From IMG/VR virus record IMGVR_UViG_3300021962_000031: DNA of 64,000 nt, one strand, 5' to 3'. This document shows, one piece after another, positions 9,801 through 18,131 of this stretch. Every line of letters starts with the position of its first letter. Position 1 is the first letter of the stretch. Under the pieces are notes generated by a model. The model was not told the DNA's origin and made no database searches. It was given only the letters and a program-made list of their open reading frames with translations. A program made the translations under genes and the position numbers. The stretch is from a virus.

Positions 9801-12432
9801 GGATAAACTTATTAATTCCACCGAAGATGTGACTGGAGATGAAATTCGCGAATACGCTGCCAACCGCAACAAAATGACCTTAATACAAAGAGCAGCCCTA
9901 GATGTTTTAATGGGCAAAATTGCCGCTCAATCTCAAGGCAAATTTAACGAAGACCCAGACAGCTTGAGCGCAGTCGAAAAGGCAGCTTATCTCATTTCTG
10001 TAGATGCTGAGGGTAGATCGGCTGCTCTTGATGAATTTAACAGTCGAAAAAATGCGATGACCTTAAATCGAATCGGGATGTGGATAACTTCCAATCCTGG
10101 CGCAATAAACAATATGTTAAAAAAATCTGAAGAGAAGGGTCCTTTTGGTTATGCTAAAGATTCAGCTCTTCTTGAAATTTTGGCAAGTGCTTATGGCGCT
10201 CCGACAACTTTACCAAAAGCTTCTGATGTGTTTAAGGATAGAAGCCTAAAAAACAAACAGCAACTTGACGAAGCAGAAAAAATTAAAAACGAATTTTTGG
10301 GTCAAAAAGAAAATGCTATTGCTATTGCTCAAGCGGCTTTGGGTTCTGGTGTCACAAACGGACTTATTGAAGCCTTTAAATCTGGAAAAGGTCTTCTTGG
10401 ATTTGCTTCTGGTGGTCTAGTTCCTGGGGTTGGCAATACCGATTCTGTTCGCGCTAATTTGCCAGTTGGTAGTTATGTTGTTCGCAAGTCTTCTGTTCAA
10501 AAGCTAGGCGCAGATACTTTAGCTGCCCTTCCCCACATGGCTAGGGGCGGAGTTGTGCCAGCCATGGTTATGCCTGGTGAACATATTTTTACTCCCAGCG
10601 AAGCTTCAAAGATTGGGAAAAACAATCTTGATCATATTAACTCAACGGGGAAATTACCTGGATACGCAGATGGTGGTGATGTTGTCATCAACGGAATCAA
10701 ATACAATTTGGTTCCATCTGGTGCGGCAAAATGGGGTGGAAACCGAAATGCTCAAATGGGATTCCAACCGCAGACCGCCAAAGGAACAACTAATCCTTTA
10801 GCAAACAATAATAATAATGGCAATCTAAATGAACAACAGTTCCTCGCTATGGAAGCGATGAACCAAATGATTGGCGGTAATGGTGGAATCACCGGGGCCA
10901 AAGCTAAATTTTTCTCTCTTCGTGACGAACTAAAAAATCCAAGAAACAGAACCAAAGAAAAAATTGCTGAATTTCGACAGTTGTATGCGACTTTGACCAA
11001 TCCATTGGTTGCACAAATGGATGCGCAGCGTCAAATGCTTGGCGCTCAAGACGCATTCGCTTCTTTCCAGCAAGACCCAAAAGCCTTTATTGCTCGGTCG
11101 AAAGAGCTTCGAGCTTTGGCTATGAACACCAAAGCCTCAATGGAAGAACGCGTAGCAGCCAAAGAACAACTCAATCAAATGAACTATGCTGCTAGGTTCA
11201 TTGATCCTCGGGCACTTAGAGGCGCGGCAGCAGCAAATCAAAAAGATCAACAGATCAGACAGCAACAGCAATTTATTGCTGCCGGAAACGATCCATTGCA
11301 GGGTGGCCTGCTGCGTCTCAATCCCGCTCTCGCCAACAAAAATATGGCGCCTGCGGCAAATCCAGTAGAAGTACACAACGCAAGAGTTAGAGCTAACGAA
11401 CAAAATCAAGCCGAACCAAATCGTAAAGCAGCAGAAGTTAACCATCTCAAAAAGATGCTGGATATAGCTCAAGAAAACTACCTAAAAACTGGCGATCCGC
11501 GGTTTCTTCAAGAGATTAACAAACTCAAGAACCCAGAAAAAGTAAAAGCAGAAGAAGAAGCCGAAGCCAAACGCAAAATGGATGACTATCGCGCCAAAAA
11601 ACAAAGTGAAGAACATGGAAATGAAATTGGTCGTTGGCATGTGCGAGAAGGCATTGAAGACATCAAAGATCCAAATGGCATTAAGCGTGGAGAAGAAAAA
11701 CTAAGAAAGTTTTACGCAGAGAAAGACAAGAAAAGACAAGAGTTTGAGAGTCGGGTTTTTGCCCACGCCCCGACTTACGAAGAAAATATGCCAAAAATGC
11801 AGAAGGAATGGGACGAAAAGAACAAGGGATTTGTTGAAAACCGATTGAAAGAACTTGAAAAAGAAAGCAACGAGCGTTTCAATCGCAATCCAATGCATGC
11901 TGCGATGTATGCTCGACTGGCAGATTCTCCTTATCTTGACAAAAAAGACATTGTCAAAAAAGCGACAGGCGGCATAGTCCCTGGCGTTGGTTCTGGGGAT
12001 ACTGTTCCCGCCCTGCTTGAGCCTGGCGAACTCGTAGTACCGAAGAAGCAGGTTCAAAAGTTTGCCAACGGCGGTGTGGTGGGCGGTCTCCAAGGATTCG
12101 CCAACGGAGGAATGGCGCAAGGCGGTCCTGAGCTTCTGGACGTCGCCGCCAAGTTCAACCAAGCCGCCACCCAGATCAGCCAGGGACTATCGGGCTTCTC
12201 CACCTCGGTTAGTACCTTCAACGGGGCCGTGGCCAACTTCGGCACCTTTGTGGACAAGTTCGACGAGGCGGTGGGCAAGATTCCCGGCCAGATTGAACTG
12301 TCTGGGGCGAACGACATCTCGGTCAACCTGATGGGCCAGGACTCCATCGTCAAGGCGGTCACCGAAGCCATCGGGCCTATGATCGCCCAGGCGATTCGGG
12401 ACAACCAGCCGGTTGAGCAAAGGGCACAGTAA
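826..12432 (+). CDS. Giant phage tail tape measure protein (3868 aa) with inserted domains
   Basis: N-terminal TP901-like TMP core (AIEFDREMVRLRQVS...TRESAESIATGLRTIFTRI), long Ala/Gln/Lys-rich helical regions, glycine-zipper hydrophobic segment, repeated FAxGG-VPGxG-DTVP-PGE motifs, followed by tail genes. Confidence 0.9.
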   Translation: MSFDITGQLNLRLASGAIRNIANEINTGLRGTTRGVSVPVRADMNNIRAVKEAISGAGTALDKFAQQSGLAFKRFAAFSSAAVPFIAVASGIRNAVTQAIEFDREMVRLRQVSVESASEVAQVGQEVTRLATAYGVSSKELIKMAVTLKQADFNIYETRDALEALAKSALAPNFDSMAQTGEGAIAVMKQFQIQAADLDKAIGSMNAVAGAFAVEAGDLIEAVRRTGGAFKATGGDLNQLLALFTSVRQTTRESAESIATGLRTIFTRIQRNDTVNALKEFGVNLRFTRQEAERAGDLGLTNQFVGAYEAIRRLSSALTQLPEADPRYSAIVEDLGGYRQISKVIPLIQQWSTTERALMVAEAGRVSLTVNASQATESYANRLTKLQESYLSLGRSLMDSNSFKVAFSGFESLAKGMLMVLEAAKPLLPMLTAMASAKLIQSIAPVAARFYQGVTYSDKGSLLARNQGGPVGFASGGLVPGVGDKDTVPSSIPSGSFVVRKSAVQKFGSENLARLGSKANVMLTPGEYVFTPDQAKKIGAPSLNQINRNGKLPGYALGGLFDYVKSYFGSPSLPDANQTAARPTVRLIDQILKQGKDPNKEAKFQQYASRLQKEAFKSGNFADLAKVIPSLADTKVEYGVSSKPLSKAYGFVDANEQKNKVYITSNLKNAPNPLSTVVHEMAHVADLAAGRKIAGKKTGRNFLSNQEGTETNTIIKKLAPLFEKGLMGMEPDEFKNTGKNKQDYIKYRLQPHEILAKSVQAMSLENPLDAFKDMQGVTKKEQAQLLALVKEVDQTFRKEVVEKMGATQPKADSGPTKKVEEARKKVASVGKQIKDAAKKVKTPDSEPVPVAVAEPAVQPMSREERLEYLKRRKAEMDAKAEADAKRDVRQAMRDEGIAPARGKRKKKEGLPAKPEVIVKEPIREILSNEKTPGGTFPENSQGYLAAHAITERMNQGRAERHKAVLPTGVAASELATVSISKATDKITGTRVAPPGLTREDRKRYEAYSSKVYAELKEARYWGFNSVKEYREFNDYFGRLDGSGPPGKGSIPTGGGGGGGGGGGEPPSPTTPSDVSPGSPPPPPKKRRGYAAFKSEMKYRELIESAMKTGNQIGAYSTEMPQFSGDQSIKFLGELRKMGGYRPQMLQESIEQNLRTNNPGMNEKGIQKVAAMQTTRIMKAAEQVSRAQERLGQVSNIREQANSRAGDIDQYFQLSRSINRLQKRADFDPEAVAEAKRLTATRQEVAKRIADNEGIDFSELGKVSKSGRVSATKSARDLLKGYRSGYESDARGATVEEARQRAILEKNQEKLQGVGISTSMDASGQVKINFRGTDSAYGAGTIPPRANINKNNLGKILNDEVQKIYNAIDPAGRGKNISDIQKKDISENAKNNVMKNYVDNVSLQIQQQYKIKDAESARLIATQKFEHALRSGAEIVVKNNQIFDADALKQGYKGGLRQKFANVFSSTQGALGNAFSSQSGFLGGQVIASYVSNALSNLAGSADNAAANDRGGSYKAARVLSGGLSGLVTGAQIGSAFGPLGAGIGAATGGLFGLVNSFKEAAQEISDAKIGLALKKTTDALSNFAKGTYALTPQNAKTIDTNFNTIDREIAAKSGRNTSYLFGLVSGSQENFQTELTKNMRESMAGQATSMMDALTKLIQDQAVRNVGNADIQDMASIRKDFDLALAQNGGIGSRLFSRVATATEQDPEMFRKTLLDMFQRSKESEVLKRRQQTSETEINRSTATFGGLSSAVEVATQRLTRMTTSLKNVSDFMDGSITPFSGSGLTEALQRPLGSDREDFMGAVRSITKTAGVAGGDVEKTADAVTVAGRLLPSIINAVRSQPVANLATGADISVQIGENLRKGLAARGIDNTSAAMVTNMVSSQLGSEDFSKMLRETGQDMGKLIQKLLGPMAEPLKQSFTEIAKNLDERGRMFAEGLSELANRTRAVGELMDKANMAEIASVRNRIQFGVRRRLISEDAADAGLFNASQNLQRARQERLTGFGGPGSGNPQFIASAMGGVFDDIRRTEERISQATKGGNIAEQNAAAIQLSSLKTKAAELGQALKNLTDVSERTSQAQEKLSKIQSDREGRQALGLRYATANTEGRAEIASSFRLLSAAAQMGTAATFSTKQQNQIFSLLSSLSPQMKLPGLGGINVKDLTSQLMKTTFGGAFDLDPQTAALERALDNFVQSNYDVAVEASRLQVEMQQKLQADFFSRLQNGQQTFINELSRVMMENQKLMRESLQMQAQSRLEGLEKQVGQSSMLGKIGVSTDDQFKALRDTLNDPKNKSIDTIFESAKNQRIVQGKTEKALDNTKSFVDDIIALAGNDYARGTAKSDVSGILMNKFGDMGFTSPIDQKKLMSLFSENLDEKAGYLSTIGGNKENIAEAFRYAITTFQRESNDRNNTDILQAGKDLRNQGTIDNKIIDNIIRTAKENADNITVKTLRESVSAVGSTNKKFSELNGALDQARQQVQGFAEVLAVRPEGRANGGMIRYFNKGGWGSGGSLSPHSSDTVNARINPNEFVVSAGPAQRNKKLLEQINAGYANGGAIEEAKQNIGNAQKNIGASTEDIINPVKTMEAAEQARKVARANSQILFLLQIKNMNPDERFKFVNKQKDWIKSISGKETGDQLGIKDALAQLMSIEDQKNKSLNFRDLENYHVGKRKMGIAKAIKTFPTKIAVDIPEIYQALKKFMEAGKEAEIFTNNVNDKFRIGIGSSLSEVIQSEPDLKRHLFLNNVDRMANTLNEDGTLKLLGDIDPLRREYESLWTDTKIYAKTAKDWTSSVIFANDYNEIGNLPTIGDLQEKEKRNIDKKILQKHYPPGIFGKIYGDALQRLAITAPNEFSGDMDTWAKKTEKTKKLGLDFDFEKTISALIDKAQNDLVNQKAEVQKLAKANDLVKIIQQGRIGSLQTPEQGIAKIFEERNNAQFGPKQDMELMKLQLMAMEADAFNKLNPGVQTKLLEMKRRRILENKLSPAEQAQMAAMGLDKLINSTEDVTGDEIREYAANRNKMTLIQRAALDVLMGKIAAQSQGKFNEDPDSLSAVEKAAYLISVDAEGRSAALDEFNSRKNAMTLNRIGMWITSNPGAINNMLKKSEEKGPFGYAKDSALLEILASAYGAPTTLPKASDVFKDRSLKNKQQLDEAEKIKNEFLGQKENAIAIAQAALGSGVTNGLIEAFKSGKGLLGFASGGLVPGVGNTDSVRANLPVGSYVVRKSSVQKLGADTLAALPHMARGGVVPAMVMPGEHIFTPSEASKIGKNNLDHINSTGKLPGYADGGDVVINGIKYNLVPSGAAKWGGNRNAQMGFQPQTAKGTTNPLANNNNNGNLNEQQFLAMEAMNQMIGGNGGITGAKAKFFSLRDELKNPRNRTKEKIAEFRQLYATLTNPLVAQMDAQRQMLGAQDAFASFQQDPKAFIARSKELRALAMNTKASMEERVAAKEQLNQMNYAARFIDPRALRGAAAANQKDQQIRQQQQFIAAGNDPLQGGLLRLNPALANKNMAPAANPVEVHNARVRANEQNQAEPNRKAAEVNHLKKMLDIAQENYLKTGDPRFLQEINKLKNPEKVKAEEEAEAKRKMDDYRAKKQSEEHGNEIGRWHVREGIEDIKDPNGIKRGEEKLRKFYAEKDKKRQEFESRVFAHAPTYEENMPKMQKEWDEKNKGFVENRLKELEKESNERFNRNPMHAAMYARLADSPYLDKKDIVKKATGGIVPGVGSGDTVPALLEPGELVVPKKQVQKFANGGVVGGLQGFANGGMAQGGPELLDVAAKFNQAATQISQGLSGFSTSVSTFNGAVANFGTFVDKFDEAVGKIPGQIELSGANDISVNLMGQDSIVKAVTEAIGPMIAQAIRDNQPVEQRAQ
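3982..4014 (+). repeat. Perfect (GGT)11 microsatellite encoding poly-Gly in the TMP
   Basis: Read directly from the sequence. Confidence 0.95.
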
Positions 12433-13046
12433 TGGCAATCTTTACGGGAAGACTGGGTGATGTCCTTGCTGCCCCGGGTGGCCTTGTCCTAGGCTACAGC
12501 GGGGAGGCAAATTTAACCTGGCAACCCCTAAATTTGTTCCTCAAGGTCGATGAAATTCCGACCAAGAGCGTTGCCCTGCCCCTCCTTACCGTTGGCGTAT
12601 TCCAGGGTGCCGCCAAGGCACTGCCCCTTTATGTTTCTGGCAAGAACCTGACAAAGTCGCTAAATCTTTATATCTTCTGCAATCTTTCTTCAAGTCAGAG
12701 GAATATGAACCTCTTTGTGGAGGGCGGCTACAAGAAGATATCGGGTGGGGTAGACCTATTCATTACAAACGATGCCGCCGATTTGGTGGACGGCTCCCTG
12801 CCCCTTACCGTTGACGGCCCCACCTTTGGCAAGGGCTTAAATCTCGTTGTTTGGCGCACTCCTGAAGAATATTCGACCCTTCCATTAACCATCACTGGAT
12901 ATGCCCAGGAGGCTAGTGGTAGCTGTGTATTGTATTTAGCTGGCCCTGTCGGTCTCGACGGGTCGCTGGATATGGTCACAGCAGGCACTGGTGTGAATAT
13001 CAATTCTGTTGATCTGATTACTGACGGTTACAGAGGAGACATTTAA
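12432..13046 (+). CDS. Putative minor tail protein
   Basis: Overlaps the TMP stop (TAATG); repeated LPL/LNL beta-rich units. Confidence 0.55.
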   Translation: MAIFTGRLGDVLAAPGGLVLGYSGEANLTWQPLNLFLKVDEIPTKSVALPLLTVGVFQGAAKALPLYVSGKNLTKSLNLYIFCNLSSSQRNMNLFVEGGYKKISGGVDLFITNDAADLVDGSLPLTVDGPTFGKGLNLVVWRTPEEYSTLPLTITGYAQEASGSCVLYLAGPVGLDGSLDMVTAGTGVNINSVDLITDGYRGDI

Positions 13047-14689
13047 TGCCTGTTCTTTACGGATCACAGGGACAAGAAAAACTCCTGACACCAGCCCCTT
13101 TTGTGTCTATCTCAAATCAAATCGAGAGATTTGAAGACGGTCGTGTTAAGAAGTATTTGTTTAACATCACCCTAAAGGGTCGGATGTTGGCTTATAAAGG
13201 TGGTGTTCTTAACAACACGACTGATCCGCTTCAAGGTGCTTTGGAAGTTGTGCCTCCCAATAGTCGCCAAGCAAAAATTCAACAAAAAATTGGTCAGCTC
13301 AATGAGTTGTTCCGACCCAAATCTCCGCTTAATTCTACCGAGCGAGTGAGCCTTCAGATAACCCCATGGGATGCTTCTGGCGCAAACTCTACAATTACTT
13401 GTAACCCCCGCGTCAAATCAATTGAAATTCCAGAAGGACCATTCACGGATTATTTTGAGTACACGATCACGCTTGAAGCCGATTATTTGAAAATAGGCAC
13501 TCAAATCATAGGAATGGACGCCCAGGATGATGTGGGTGTTGAAGAGTCGTGGTCGATGGAGCCAGACGAAAAGCTCCGTAAGTACAAGCTGACACATCAA
13601 GCTTCTGCGCAAGCCACCACTCGCTGGATTGACGCCCCTTTCAATCGCATGGTCAACGGCTACGAGATAGCCCGCAGGGCCGTCTTAAAAAAACTGTCAT
13701 CTGATGCCGCGCTTGATGACAACACACTTTACTCCCAGCCCCCCTCCGCAAAATTAAAGCTGAATAATCTTCCAGCTGGCATGTCTTATTTTGGTTTGGG
13801 CGGATCGCTAGCCAACGCGTTCAGCGAATCTGCGGCTTCTGGTTCTGATACGGTTCGCGCTTACGATGCAGTCAGAACAATCACAGTAGATGAGGCGGGT
13901 GGCAAGTTCACCGTTTCAGAAAGCTGGACAATTGTAGATTTGGCCGTTGTCAACCCAGACGATCTCGGGGCAAAGGATGGCTCAAATTACATACCAGCCC
14001 TTGAAGAGTTTACCGTCAACATTCGGGACAATGCGGAAAGCGTGTCAAAATCGGTAACAATCGATGGAACCATAACTGCTTTACGGCGCAATCAGTCTGG
14101 TGCTTTTGAGAACCCACAAAATTTTTATCAATTCGCAAAGAAAAAATGGGACAATTTGTCTGCGACAAACTACGCCTTGATTCGTCAACGCGTGGTCGCT
14201 TTTGTGCCTGGTGAATTTTTGGCAGCAAAGCCAAATCAGGTTACCGTTGGACACAATAAAATTGCCGGTACTATTACTTACAATTTAGAATATAATAATC
14301 TATATCGTCCTAGTAGGTTTGCTGACGCAAAATTCTTCCATGTGAACTGGACTGACAATGGTGGGACGCCTTTGTTTGCGGCCATCGATGTAATGGGTCG
14401 TGTAGATAGCGCAAATCCTCAAGGTAAGGGGCCAGTATTTCAAAATCTGTTAAATACCACAAAAATGACAAGAGATATTAGTGTTGAAGCCGTGATGGGA
14501 ACAGTCAATCAAACAAATGGTCTTCCATTAAGACCAGTAAGAGACGATGTCTTTTTTGCGCTTAAGGAAATGAATTTGATACCAAACACTACCTTATATC
14601 CTAAATTATTTGTTGAAAAACTGACTGAAGGTTTTGACTACACGACTGGCCGTTACAACTTTAGCGTGACATATGCCTACGGAAAGTGA
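13046..14689 (+). CDS. Putative distal tail / tail tip protein
   Basis: Coupled to the upstream gene; beta-rich; typical post-TMP position. Confidence 0.55.
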   Translation: MPVLYGSQGQEKLLTPAPFVSISNQIERFEDGRVKKYLFNITLKGRMLAYKGGVLNNTTDPLQGALEVVPPNSRQAKIQQKIGQLNELFRPKSPLNSTERVSLQITPWDASGANSTITCNPRVKSIEIPEGPFTDYFEYTITLEADYLKIGTQIIGMDAQDDVGVEESWSMEPDEKLRKYKLTHQASAQATTRWIDAPFNRMVNGYEIARRAVLKKLSSDAALDDNTLYSQPPSAKLKLNNLPAGMSYFGLGGSLANAFSESAASGSDTVRAYDAVRTITVDEAGGKFTVSESWTIVDLAVVNPDDLGAKDGSNYIPALEEFTVNIRDNAESVSKSVTIDGTITALRRNQSGAFENPQNFYQFAKKKWDNLSATNYALIRQRVVAFVPGEFLAAKPNQVTVGHNKIAGTITYNLEYNNLYRPSRFADAKFFHVNWTDNGGTPLFAAIDVMGRVDSANPQGKGPVFQNLLNTTKMTRDISVEAVMGTVNQTNGLPLRPVRDDVFFALKEMNLIPNTTLYPKLFVEKLTEGFDYTTGRYNFSVTYAYGK

Positions 14690-17600
14690 CTTTAAGTTTG
14701 TTGCCCCACAAATCACCTACGGGTCCAACAATAGGACCCTGCTAGGATTTTATGTGCAGCAAGCTAGCGCAACGGTATCGTGGGGCGATAACGGAAGTTC
14801 GCTCAACTTGACTTTAGTCAAAGAAAATGACGACTTTAATTATCTATACAATGATTTTCCGGCGACGGTCGGACATCCCATCCGCCTCAAAATCGGAGGG
14901 TTTTATTTTGGTGGAATTCTTTCCAAGGTAACCAAGAAAAAGGCCACAAACGGTCTCACTTACGACATTGTCGTGGTAGACCCGCGAGAAATTTTGCAGG
15001 CGACATCGGTAATCATAGGTCAATACTCGGGGACTGTTCCTGTTGGCGTCGGCAATATCATCAATGCCTACGGTTTTTGGGAAGACCCGGCAATTGGTGG
15101 ATTCGGCTGGTCAGGCTCCGACAATCTCGGGATGCCCTGGACTTCTTTCTTTAGTGCGGTCCTGCAAATATGCAATAAGCCAATTATCACGCCATACGGT
15201 GGGCCGATGCGGTGGGGCTTGCCCACGCCTGAATTTCCCAACGGCGTTTATTACTCTCTCGACCTTAGCGAACTACCCATCCCTGACCCCTACTACAGGA
15301 TTGAGGGAAACGGGGTTGTCAGCCTGTACGATGTCATCAACAAGGTCTGCCAGGATGCCGGTTACGATTTCGTCGTAGAACTGATTGGGTACACCATCAA
15401 GATCAGGGTGATCAACCGCAAGTTCGCTCCGGCCCTTGGAACCATCGGGGCTATCGTCAACACGCCTGGCAGCAATGCTACCGCCATTGAACACGGCATC
15501 GAGATGGCTCAGGGCCACCAAACAGCCGCCATGCTGATCGGCGCACCACGGGAAGGGATGTTTGCCAAGGCGAACTTCACCTCTTTCTGGGGCTACGATC
15601 ATCTCAAGAACCCCATCCTAGGCCATTCTGGCACAATAGTTTTAGCCCCCAAGATAATGGGCGAACAACCAATTCTTTATCGCTGCGAGATGATGAATCT
15701 ATACGCTTTCAGCGTGGAAGATGTTATTGGTTCGGCGTATTATTTCTGTTCGACTCTTGAACTCCAATTTGCGATGGCTGGTATCGACAGCTGGATGGAG
15801 TTCATCGAAAAGTACCGCCCCGATGTCTTTTTCGCAATGACCGGGTTCGCCAGTAATCGAACCAATCAAGTGCTTTTGAACGGACTGAATGTCGGCGACT
15901 CTGTCCAGACTAATCCACAGGCGATTCTTGCTAGGGCACTTGAGGCAACATATGACCGCTCCGAAGGGCGCAGAAGGTTCTTTTCTTGGTTGTCTGGTGT
16001 CGCCCAGCAGTATCTAGGCAAGGAATTCATTGTCAGCCTTGGTCCGATCACAACAGATATCGGCAATCTCTGGCCCTCATTCTTTCAGTCTACGATTGAC
16101 CCCGATCAACCATTTGATCAAAATTTGCGACCGAATATACGCTACGAGTTTGATGTCTGTCGTAGCGCCTACATGCCGATAGAAGAGGCTTTTCTTTATT
16201 ACGGATTAAAGCCAATTTCTGCTAGTACATTTATGGATGATGGCAATCGCTTTGAACCAATTGCCTTGTACAATTATGTGCGGCTGAATCAAACCAATGC
16301 CTTCATTGAGAATACCCAAGAAACCGTCTTTGATACCTATGGCGTCTACACGAAGGTGTCAATGGGTGATCAAATCGAAGAGATGGCTTTCCCTAATGTT
16401 GTGACTCCATATAGCACTTCACAAAGTATTAGATACATCCTTGATGGTCCCGGATTCGCTTTTGTTGGCGGACCTCTTGTCCGCGCCACGGTGCAAAATC
16501 CGATTTTCTCAAGGGCTACCGATCCATCGGGTGACCATAGCGTAATCAGCAGGGTTTTGGGCACTCCGGCCAATATATATCAAACAAACGCCGAGTCCAG
16601 CAAAACCAAAATGCATCCCCCTCCCGTGAATCCGTCGTTTTTCATTTTGCCTTTGAAGAGCAATCGATTCTGCTACGGACCTTTCTGGACTTACTCTCAA
16701 ATTCCAGGCAGGGTGAAGATTGAAGTCGATTCTGATTTGACTCCGGCTTCTTACGGTTCTGAAATCCTAATGAATCGCATAGCCATTGCAAGATTGTTCG
16801 ATGGCTCAAGTCAGCTAGCTTTGACAGAACACGGACGGGTAACGATTCCAGACTTTCCTCAAGTTTCCATCGGCCAAGCCCTTCAGGTCAACGGTCCTGC
16901 TGTCACTTCAGTAGAGATCAGTTTTGGCACAGGTGGAGTTCAGACCACCTATGCTTTTCAGAATTTCTCGCCAAGGTTCGGCGTGATCCCTCGCCAGACG
17001 CAGGATCGTCTACGGAAAGTAGGCCAACTGAGTTCTCAACTAAGGCGCAACTTATTCAAGCTTGCCATAGAATCTCAGAAGACTTCACAGGGCATGGCGC
17101 GTGCTGCTGTCGGCGCGGCAGGCCTGCAAATGACCGCCGGAGCTTTTGATAAGTTTCATCGAGTGCAAACTCCCCATGAATGCGTGGCGGGTTTTGCTTC
17201 CCAAGCTTCGCAATACGCTGTGAGATTGGATGTCAAATCTGCACCATTGCATGAGCTATTGGCCAACACAGAAGCCAATGATGTGGAGTTGTACGCCAAT
17301 CGCGCCATCACTAGCCAAGACGCACTGTTCAGGCCGTATAGGGCACCAACTTACAACGGCGGCATATCTGTCACAAGAAATGGCGTGGACTATCGTTCTT
17401 TGCCAGACACATCGCTGTTGCCCAAGTTAGAAATCCCTCAGAATATTTACAACACGACAACTTCGCAGAATCTTACCCCCATCATTTATCCTGGCGCTTC
17501 TGACATTTCCATCGTCACTTATCAAAAAGCAAATGGTGAACCTTGTGAAATAAACAACTGGAATACGGGGGCGGGCGCCGGAGCTTTTGAGGCGCGGAGT

Positions 17601-18131
17601 GTCGGACTGCGTGGCCCGATGGTAGTTGTGGGCTACGGCCAAGACATTTACAACAACGGAAATATTGCTCCTACCGGAGTTGGTTTGGCCTATCGCTCAG
17701 ATCAACACAAGGTTGGACCGACAGATTTGCTGTGGGATGATTTGAGGCAGGTCTGGACAGGAGCCGGAATCACAAGAGTTTATGTTTATGCCGAGGGAAG
17801 TCCGGCCTCTGGCTATGTTGTTATTGGAAATTCTATTACCAGCAAAGCCATCGCCCTTTATCCATCGACGCCTGGATCAATCGGTATTGGCTACACATTA
17901 GCAGCCTACTCGCCGAATGAAAAAGTTTGGTATCAAGCAGGTGGCGGCAGCCAAGTATTTTTGGGCAATTCTTTGGGTTACATATATGGTGGATCAAGTG
18001 GTAGCGCCAATGTCTTCAATAGAGGCGTAAAAAATGTCTACAACTATCTTTCCACCCCCATTTCTTCTGGCGCAAAAATAATTGTGGCTGAGTCTAATGG
18101 TAGTTATGTTGTCATTGCGGCGGATTGCTAA
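14673..18131 (+). CDS. Putative tail hub / tail tip protein (1152 aa)
   Basis: Large beta-rich ORF after the distal-tail candidate; hub-like N-terminus (SSLNLTLV...YDIVVVDPREIL). Confidence 0.55.
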   Translation: MPTESDFKFVAPQITYGSNNRTLLGFYVQQASATVSWGDNGSSLNLTLVKENDDFNYLYNDFPATVGHPIRLKIGGFYFGGILSKVTKKKATNGLTYDIVVVDPREILQATSVIIGQYSGTVPVGVGNIINAYGFWEDPAIGGFGWSGSDNLGMPWTSFFSAVLQICNKPIITPYGGPMRWGLPTPEFPNGVYYSLDLSELPIPDPYYRIEGNGVVSLYDVINKVCQDAGYDFVVELIGYTIKIRVINRKFAPALGTIGAIVNTPGSNATAIEHGIEMAQGHQTAAMLIGAPREGMFAKANFTSFWGYDHLKNPILGHSGTIVLAPKIMGEQPILYRCEMMNLYAFSVEDVIGSAYYFCSTLELQFAMAGIDSWMEFIEKYRPDVFFAMTGFASNRTNQVLLNGLNVGDSVQTNPQAILARALEATYDRSEGRRRFFSWLSGVAQQYLGKEFIVSLGPITTDIGNLWPSFFQSTIDPDQPFDQNLRPNIRYEFDVCRSAYMPIEEAFLYYGLKPISASTFMDDGNRFEPIALYNYVRLNQTNAFIENTQETVFDTYGVYTKVSMGDQIEEMAFPNVVTPYSTSQSIRYILDGPGFAFVGGPLVRATVQNPIFSRATDPSGDHSVISRVLGTPANIYQTNAESSKTKMHPPPVNPSFFILPLKSNRFCYGPFWTYSQIPGRVKIEVDSDLTPASYGSEILMNRIAIARLFDGSSQLALTEHGRVTIPDFPQVSIGQALQVNGPAVTSVEISFGTGGVQTTYAFQNFSPRFGVIPRQTQDRLRKVGQLSSQLRRNLFKLAIESQKTSQGMARAAVGAAGLQMTAGAFDKFHRVQTPHECVAGFASQASQYAVRLDVKSAPLHELLANTEANDVELYANRAITSQDALFRPYRAPTYNGGISVTRNGVDYRSLPDTSLLPKLEIPQNIYNTTTSQNLTPIIYPGASDISIVTYQKANGEPCEINNWNTGAGAGAFEARSVGLRGPMVVVGYGQDIYNNGNIAPTGVGLAYRSDQHKVGPTDLLWDDLRQVWTGAGITRVYVYAEGSPASGYVVIGNSITSKAIALYPSTPGSIGIGYTLAAYSPNEKVWYQAGGGSQVFLGNSLGYIYGGSSGSANVFNRGVKNVYNYLSTPISSGAKIIVAESNGSYVVIAADC

